The translations under genes and the position numbers were made by a program. Below are positions 54,556 through 59,686 of a stretch of 59,686 bases of DNA, piece after piece (the first letter of the stretch is position 1; the number at the start of each line of letters is the position of its first letter). The notes under the pieces are model-generated. The model was not told where the DNA came from and searched no databases. It saw only the letters and a list, made by a program, of their open reading frames with translations. The stretch is from Patescibacteria group bacterium. Lineage in GTDB: Bacteria; Patescibacteriota; WWE3; JAUXAW01; JAYEID01. The DNA is taken from NCBI GenBank assembly GCA_034659915.1, contig JAYEID010000012.1:1-59686 (forward strand). Direction: 5' to 3'.

Positions 54556-54828
54556 CTAATCATGATGCTTACCCAGAAGATGCAAAACGCCGTGCCGAAT
54601 CAAATCAGCTACTTCTTCCTCAACCTCTTTTCCTATTTCTTTTGCCTGCTCTTCTGCTTTCTCTTTATCAACAACAACCTCACCCAAGAGAAAGATGCCG
54701 TCTTCTGTAGCCTCTTTTATTTCAAAAGAAAGCACATCAGTTACCCCTTCTTGGTCACGATATTTTTCATTAAGCTCTTTCATTTTATTATCATCCACCA
54801 GAGCAAAGGAGATTTTAAACTTAGACAT
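54556..54828 (-). CDS. ybeY: rRNA maturation RNase YbeY, very short form (90 aa)
   Basis: VTDVLSF and the C-terminal zinc motif HGVLHLLGKHHD. Confidence 0.75.
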   Translation of the reverse strand: MSKFKISFALVDDNKMKELNEKYRDQEGVTDVLSFEIKEATEDGIFLLGEVVVDKEKAEEQAKEIGKEVEEEVADLIRHGVLHLLGKHHD

Positions 54829-54856
54829 AATAAATTATTCAAAAAAGGCTTTCAGC

Positions 54857-55303
54857 TCAACCTTCTAAAATATCCACAACAAGCTCCCTAACCTTGCTTC
54901 CCTCCGCCCTACCTTTTACCTTTGGCATTACTGCTCCCATTACCTTACCCAGATCAGCTGAGTCCACAGCACCTAAATCCTCTATACTTTTCCTAATAAT
55001 ATCTCGAATCTCCTGCTCGGAAAGCTGTGTAGGAAGATAGCCCTCAATGATTTCTAGTTCTTTCTCCTCCTTACTAGCGAGGTCTTCCCTCCCACCTTCC
55101 CTGTAAGCTTCTATTGACTCTTTCCGCTTCTTAGCTTCCTTTGAAATTACCTCAATCTCTTCTTCCTCCGACAACTCTCCCCTACTTGCAATTTCAGCAT
55201 TATGCAAGGCTGCCGAAAGCATACGGAGAACTGAAACTTTTAAAGAAGCTTCTTCCTTAATTGCTTTTCTTAAATTTTCTTTTATACGAGAAGTTAAGCT
55301 CAT
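54857..55303 (-). CDS. GatB/YqeY domain protein
   Basis: 148 aa. LKVSVLRMLSAALHNAEI...YLPTQLSEQEIRDII...GKVMGAVMPKVKGRAEG. Confidence 0.85.
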   Translation of the reverse strand: MSLTSRIKENLRKAIKEEASLKVSVLRMLSAALHNAEIASRGELSEEEEIEVISKEAKKRKESIEAYREGGREDLASKEEKELEIIEGYLPTQLSEQEIRDIIRKSIEDLGAVDSADLGKVMGAVMPKVKGRAEGSKVRELVVDILEG

Positions 55304-55485
55304 TTATGATGCTGAGAGAATCGCCATTCAAGTTCTTTTCTCTTTTTCTTCTTTATCTCTGACGGTGGTCTGTAATACTCTCGCTTTTTCAACTCTTCTA
55401 TAATCCCGGCATCATAAACTTTTTGATTAAAGCGGCGAAGCGCTTGCTCAATAGACTCCCCCTCCCGTACCTTAACTTCAGTCAC
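55300..55485 (-). CDS. rpsU: 30S ribosomal protein S21
   Basis: VKVREGESIEQALRRFNQKV...YYRPPSEIKKKK. Confidence 0.9.
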   Translation of the reverse strand: MTEVKVREGESIEQALRRFNQKVYDAGIIEELKKREYYRPPSEIKKKKRKELEWRFSQHHK

Positions 55486-55860
55486 GTGTACTAAATTACA
55501 CCTCCTTATTAAAAAAACTTTTAAACTTAAAATAAATTCTGTCGCTTAAATTTTACACTTTTACAACAAGGTAAGCAAATTATGCCCAAAAAGAAAAAGG
55601 CTTCCCTACAGGAAATAAACAGGTCAAACCTCAACTCCTCCCTATATGAAAAGAAAAATTGGGATAGCGAATCTATGCGAATTGATATAGCTAATTTATG
55701 CGAATTTAACAGTAGCGAATTAATGCGAATTAGTATAGCGAATACGTTGCGAATTTAATATAGCGAATCTGTTACGAATAGTTAAGGTATGAATTCTATT
55801 TATGCTACGAATTGACTACGAATACTACAAATATACTACGAATAAGAGAGAAGAAACTGG

Positions 55861-55881
55861 ACCTGCCTGCCGGCAGGCAGG
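55861..55881. repeat. P1 palindrome (ACCTGCCTGCCGGCAGGCAGG), perfect 20-bp core
   Basis: CCTGCCTGCCGGCAGGCAGG is its own reverse complement. Confidence 0.8.
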
Positions 55882-55894
55882 CACTCGAACCTAA

Positions 55895-55934
55895 AAGACC
55901 TGCGGGGTTTCGGAATCGAATCCCCGGAGGTCTT
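55895..55934. repeat. AGACCT hairpin module (copy D)
   Basis: AAGACCT-G-CGGGG[TTTCGGAATCGAAT]CCCCG-G-AGGTCTT. The inner stem is CGGGG/CCCCG where copy A has CAAGG/CCTTG. Confidence 0.6.
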
Positions 55935-56069
55935 GGTAGATTGCAGAAAGAAGATAAGAAATAGTAAATAGGAGATAAGGGATAAGGGATAGGAGATAAA
56001 AATAAATTACAAATGACAAATGCGGAGAGTGGGGTGCTGTACATCGTACGCGGAATACGGACACCCGAT

Positions 56070-56083
56070 CCGCCGGCCGGCGG
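56070..56083. repeat. P3 palindrome (CCGCCGGCCGGCGG)
   Basis: Identical to the ychF copy. Confidence 0.75.
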
Positions 56084-56294
56084 AGGCGGACGAAGCTCCA
56101 AATAAATACGAAATATTAAATAAGAAATAATAAATAATGAATAATGAATAAGAAATAAAGGGAGGTGGAAAATAATTGCTTATTGTTAATTGCTGACAGC
56201 AGAATGCGGATATCTAATTACTAGTTACTAATCACTAATTACTTACTACTTACTACTCGCTAATTACTAGTTACCAGCTGCTAACTGCTTACCA

Positions 56295-57998
56295 CTAGTT
56301 ACTTCTATTAAGTAGTAACGTCAATCCATCAACACCCGTTACTTTCTCCTCATCCTCTCCTCTCTTCTTAACTTCAACCCCACCATCCTCCAAAGAACGC
56401 GAACTTACTATCACCCGCCAAGGAATACCAATAAGATCTGCATCAGCAAGCTTTTCTCCCGCAGACTGTTCTCGGTCATCATAAAGAACTTCAATATCAG
56501 CTTCCTGCAATTTGTGGTAAACATCTTCCGCCACACCAACCACCTCGGAATCTTCCTTATTTAGATCCAAAAGATGAACCTTATAAGGAGCCACGCTTTC
56601 TGGCCAAATTATACCTTTCGCATCGTGGTGAGTTTCTACCACAGTAGCCATTGCCCGCCCTATTCCAATACCATAAGCGCCCATCCACATTGGTTTTCCC
56701 TCACCATTCTCGTCAACAAAATAGCCGCGGTGGGGCTTAGTATAAAAGAGATCCTGCTTAAAGCAATGGCCAAATTCTATACCCCTTTTCTTTTCCAGCT
56801 TGCCGTGTTCGCAACGAGGACAGAGTTTACCTTCCTCTGCCATAACAATATCTGCAAGAATCTCGTACTCAAAATCACGACCATAATTAACATTAACAGA
56901 ATCTGTCTCTTCTTCCTTTTGTCCCCCAATAAAGTTCTTAACTTTTGTTAATCCCAAATCTCCAATATAAGTAACACCCTCTATCCCCCAAGAATGCACG
57001 TACCCAGGCTTTGTCCCAATTTTGGCTAAATCCTCAGGCTCTGCTGGTTCCAAAGCAGCCACACCCAAAACACGGCGGAGCTTAGCTTCATTTACTTCCT
57101 GATCGCCACGAATAGAAGCAACCACCAAATCCCCATCAGAAGTTTTGTAAACAACATTTTTCAAATATTTATAAAGAGGCTCCCCATAATGTCTAACATT
57201 ATCTTCCATTGTCTTTACCCACTCTGGTTGTTCAATAATCTCAAATGGCCTTTCCTCTTCATCTAAGTTAATTTCTTCCCGTCTAAACTCAGCTCGATCC
57301 TCACTTGCTGCGTAATCACAAGAATTGCAAGTAAAAATTGTAGATTCTCCATCCTCACACAAAACAATAAACTCGTGGTTGTAGTCCCCACCGATAGCAC
57401 CACTCTCAGCTTCCACTGGGACTGGGTCTAGATCAAGCTTCTCTGCAATCCGTAAGTACGCATTATAAAACTTTTGGTAAACTTTCAACGCTTGCTCCTC
57501 GCTCTGACAAAGTGAGTAGGCATCTTTCATCATAAACTCCTTCACCCGTAATAACCCACCGCGGGGGCGCTTTTCATCACGAAACTTACGACTAAATTGA
57601 TAAATTAAAATAGGCAGATCTCTATAACTAGGAGAAAATTTTTTAACCAACTCCACCATCATCCCTTCAGCAGTAGCACCAATTGCAAACTGACTACCAC
57701 TATGATCCTCTGTCAAAAACATCTCTCCTCCAAAAGCAGTATCGCGACTAGTAACTTTCCAAATTTCAAGCGGATGTAAGGTGGGTACTACTAAACGCTG
57801 ACAACCAATACGATCCATTTCATTTTCTATTACTGCTTGGATCTTTGTCCAAACCCTCATTCCAAGAGGAAGAAAAGAGTAAAAGCCTGAAGCTGCTTGC
57901 CGAATAAACCCCCCTTTGTAGAGAAGTTTATGGCTAGGAACAGAAACATCCCGGGGAACAGTCTTTGTTGTTTTTCCAAAAAGATTTGAATATCGCAT
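56295..57998 (-). CDS. proS: proline--tRNA ligase (bacterial type with editing insertion)
   Basis: 567 aa. Class II motifs FRDEKRPRGGLLRVKEF and GAYGIGIGR, plus an anticodon-binding C-terminus. Confidence 0.92.
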   Translation of the reverse strand: MRYSNLFGKTTKTVPRDVSVPSHKLLYKGGFIRQAASGFYSFLPLGMRVWTKIQAVIENEMDRIGCQRLVVPTLHPLEIWKVTSRDTAFGGEMFLTEDHSGSQFAIGATAEGMMVELVKKFSPSYRDLPILIYQFSRKFRDEKRPRGGLLRVKEFMMKDAYSLCQSEEQALKVYQKFYNAYLRIAEKLDLDPVPVEAESGAIGGDYNHEFIVLCEDGESTIFTCNSCDYAASEDRAEFRREEINLDEEERPFEIIEQPEWVKTMEDNVRHYGEPLYKYLKNVVYKTSDGDLVVASIRGDQEVNEAKLRRVLGVAALEPAEPEDLAKIGTKPGYVHSWGIEGVTYIGDLGLTKVKNFIGGQKEEETDSVNVNYGRDFEYEILADIVMAEEGKLCPRCEHGKLEKKRGIEFGHCFKQDLFYTKPHRGYFVDENGEGKPMWMGAYGIGIGRAMATVVETHHDAKGIIWPESVAPYKVHLLDLNKEDSEVVGVAEDVYHKLQEADIEVLYDDREQSAGEKLADADLIGIPWRVIVSSRSLEDGGVEVKKRGEDEEKVTGVDGLTLLLNRSN

Positions 57999-58054
57999 CT
58001 AAATTTTTATTCCTAACTTACGTTACTAGAAAAATATAATAAATTCCTTAACCG

Positions 58055-58140
58055 TCAGCGTTAAGTACAGCTCAGAAGCTGCGTTAAAGTGCAGGCAGAC
58101 CTGCGTAAAGAACTCGGGCCTTTGGCCCTCGCGTTAAAAA
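58055..58140. repeat. array of three short hairpins, each followed by CGTTAAAG-like spacers
   Basis: CAGC-TCAGA-AGCTG (58068-58081), GCAGG-CAGA-CCTGC (58091-58104), GGGCC-TTT-GGCCC (58116-58128). Confidence 0.55.
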
Positions 58141-58321
58141 TGAACCTAACACCACCCTTTTTAACTTCTTAACTCCCTAACTTCTAACAATGTAGAAAAC
58201 CAACAACACAACATATCATCAATTCTTTACAATACTTTACCATTTTTTTACTACACTTAACACTTCAACAAAATAAAAATTAGCATGCCACCAACCGGCA
58301 CTGCTCCCTTTGAATTTGCAA

Positions 58322-59353
58322 TTAAAGCAACCGGTGCACATCCTGAATCGTCACTAAAATTGCCAAAAGTACCAAAAGGGCTATACCCACAGCATTTATC
58401 AGTTGCTTAACCTCTGTCCGGACTTTTTTTCCTTGTAAAACTTCAACCACCACAAAAACAAGTTGGCCACCATCCAATGCAGGCAAAGGAAGAATATTAA
58501 AAAGAGCTAAATTAAGACTAAGAAAAGCTATAAACTGCACAAGATACCTGATACCCATCTGTGAAACCTGTAATGTAGCGCTGTAAACACCAACTGGTCC
58601 CGCAATCTCGGTAGGAACTCGTCCAGCAAAAATAAGTTGTCCTAACATCCAGCTAAGACCATCAACCATATCGCGTAAAACAAAGACACTCTCCCTTAAT
58701 CCCTTTAAAGGTGCTTGAAAGAAAGAAACTCTTTCTAATTTTTCCTCTCCCTCAAAATCTAAGTCAATTCCCAACGGTCCCTGTCCTGGTGGGGGATCTT
58801 TTCTCGGTACTAATCGAAAGGTTTCAAACTCTCCACTATTAGGATTTTTTACAGTAAGCGTAATTTCATTTCCCGCCCTCTTCTGAGCCCTGAGAAACAC
58901 ATCTCCCCTGCTTTTTACCTCCAACCCATCAACTGAAACAATAAGAGAGCCTTCAGAAACTCCTACTTCCTCAGCAGGAGATCCGGCATTAACATTTTCA
59001 ATAGAAACTTCCCCTTCAATATAAGGATACCCCACAGCAAAAAGAGTAGAAAAAAACAACCACCCTAAAACAAAATTAGCCAAGATCCCCGCAACCATAA
59101 CCCCTAACTGTTCTCTTTTAGGCTGAGAATACATTTCCTCTTCAGAAAAACCGCAAAACCCGCCAAAAGGTATCAAGTTTAGAGAAAAAATAGTACCGCC
59201 TATTTTCTTCCCAGCCAAGCGAGGTGGGTAACCAATCCCAAACTCCTCAACCTCCCACCCAAACAAACGAGCTGCCAGAAAGTGTCCAAACTCATGAAAC
59301 AGTACTAAAATAGAGAGAACTAGAGTTGTCCCAGCAATCTGGAAAAAAGTCAT
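58322..59353 (-). CDS. rseP: RseP-like site-2 (M50) membrane metalloprotease with PDZ
   Basis: HEFGHFLAARLFG (HExxH), internal PDZ, C-terminal NLLPLPALDGG. Confidence 0.9.
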   Translation of the reverse strand: MTFFQIAGTTLVLSILVLFHEFGHFLAARLFGWEVEEFGIGYPPRLAGKKIGGTIFSLNLIPFGGFCGFSEEEMYSQPKREQLGVMVAGILANFVLGWLFFSTLFAVGYPYIEGEVSIENVNAGSPAEEVGVSEGSLIVSVDGLEVKSRGDVFLRAQKRAGNEITLTVKNPNSGEFETFRLVPRKDPPPGQGPLGIDLDFEGEEKLERVSFFQAPLKGLRESVFVLRDMVDGLSWMLGQLIFAGRVPTEIAGPVGVYSATLQVSQMGIRYLVQFIAFLSLNLALFNILPLPALDGGQLVFVVVEVLQGKKVRTEVKQLINAVGIALLVLLAILVTIQDVHRLL

Positions 59354-59395
59354 AACAATAAAAATGCAACAAGAACCTTATAACTAGTGACTGGG

Positions 59396-59435
59396 GATCT
59401 AAAAAATAAAAAGTAGCAGACCTAGCTTTTAGGTC
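59396..59435 (-). terminator. hairpin GACCTA-AAAGC-TAGGTC plus a U-rich tail after tsf
   Basis: 6-bp AGACCT-type stem 15 nt after the tsf stop, followed on the minus strand by TGCTACTTTTTATTTTTT. Confidence 0.6.
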
Positions 59436-59449
59436 CTATTCTTCGCGCG

Positions 59450-59686
59450 CTATTCTTCACCAACTGCAATACGGTAAAAATTTCCAATTTCCACATTTTC
59501 CTTTGTCTTTACAGCCATTTCTTGAATTAGATCTTTTATTTTCTTTTCTGGGTCACGGATCCACTCCTGCTCCAAAAGTTCCTCTTTGTCCTCAGGCGCC
59601 ATTGCACAAATCTGCATTGCCAACTCGTATGCCAGATCTTTAAACTCATCCCTATGAGAAACAAAATCGGTTTCTGCACAAAGCTC
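59450..59686 (-). CDS. tsf: elongation factor Ts, C-terminal part (runs off the window)
   Basis: Minus-strand frame reads ELCAETDFVSHRDEFKDLAYELAMQICAMAP...VEIGNFYRIAVGEE, then TAG at 59450-59452. It is not in the ORF track because the start lies outside the window. Confidence 0.8.
   Translation of the reverse strand, partial: ELCAETDFVSHRDEFKDLAYELAMQICAMAPEDKEELLEQEWIRDPEKKIKDLIQEMAVKTKENVEIGNFYRIAVGEE

Larger units (their letters stand above)
55486..56294. repeat. composite intergenic repeat, copy D (inverted relative to A/B), about 0.8 kb
   Basis: Contains a CGAAT word array (55660-55850), P1 (55861-55881), the AGACCT hairpin (55895-55934) and P3 (56070-56083). Also holds the block CGAAGCTCCAAATAAATACGAAATA...AATAATGAATAA, the reverse complement of the copy A block. 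Confidence 0.75.

Noticed and set aside
55486-56294. CRISPR array or minisatellite in the word-like spacers
   Set aside because: There is no constant-length direct repeat alternating with unique spacers. The repeated units are 5-8 nt words at irregular spacing and palindromes that differ between copies. No cas genes are present.

Overview
59.7-kb window from a small, AT-rich bacterial genome. The gene content points to Patescibacteria/CPR (inference): compact or truncated housekeeping proteins, unusual domain fusions and no biosynthetic operons. From about 30 kb to the end there is a mostly minus-strand housekeeping block. In order from the right it holds tsf (partial), rseP-like, proS, rpsU, yqeY-like, ybeY, pth, dnaX, recR, cysS, a C39-TPR protein, ychF, rpsF-ssb-rpsR, ctpA-like and htrA-like. 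It continues with dnaB, tRNA-Leu(CAA), an Lgt-like/DksA fusion, rluA-family, a LytR_C protein, a VirD4-like ATPase and yebC. hisS-rpmE-prfA-like lie on the plus strand inside this block. The first 30 kb is a mixed accessory region. It holds PEBP, an alpha-glucan phosphorylase and three proteins with nucleoside-2-deoxyribosyltransferase/DNPH1-like domains (two fused to ribbon-helix-helix, one to Ppx/GppA). It also holds a stand-alone ATP-cone, a GC-richer island of secreted proteins, rtcB, a TspO/DUF1295/DUF2177 trio, murE, a RecD-like helicase, prs and a Xer-type recombinase. No rRNA, CRISPR array or transposase was found. Four things stand out. (1) Several dispersed repeat families fill unusually long intergenic spacers, and their GC-rich palindromes also sit in frame inside recR and ychF, as Rickettsia palindromic elements do. 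(2) A 68-nt cloverleaf-like element occurs twice with compensatory stem changes, each time next to a small GC-rich ORF with a strong Shine-Dalgarno. (3) A cluster of nucleotide-sensing modules includes a promoter-plus-double-terminator leader or sRNA. (4) The accessory part contains many decaying genes (in-frame TAA/TAG/TGA, a missing start codon, truncated duplicates). All functional calls rest on motif recognition by eye, with no database searches.
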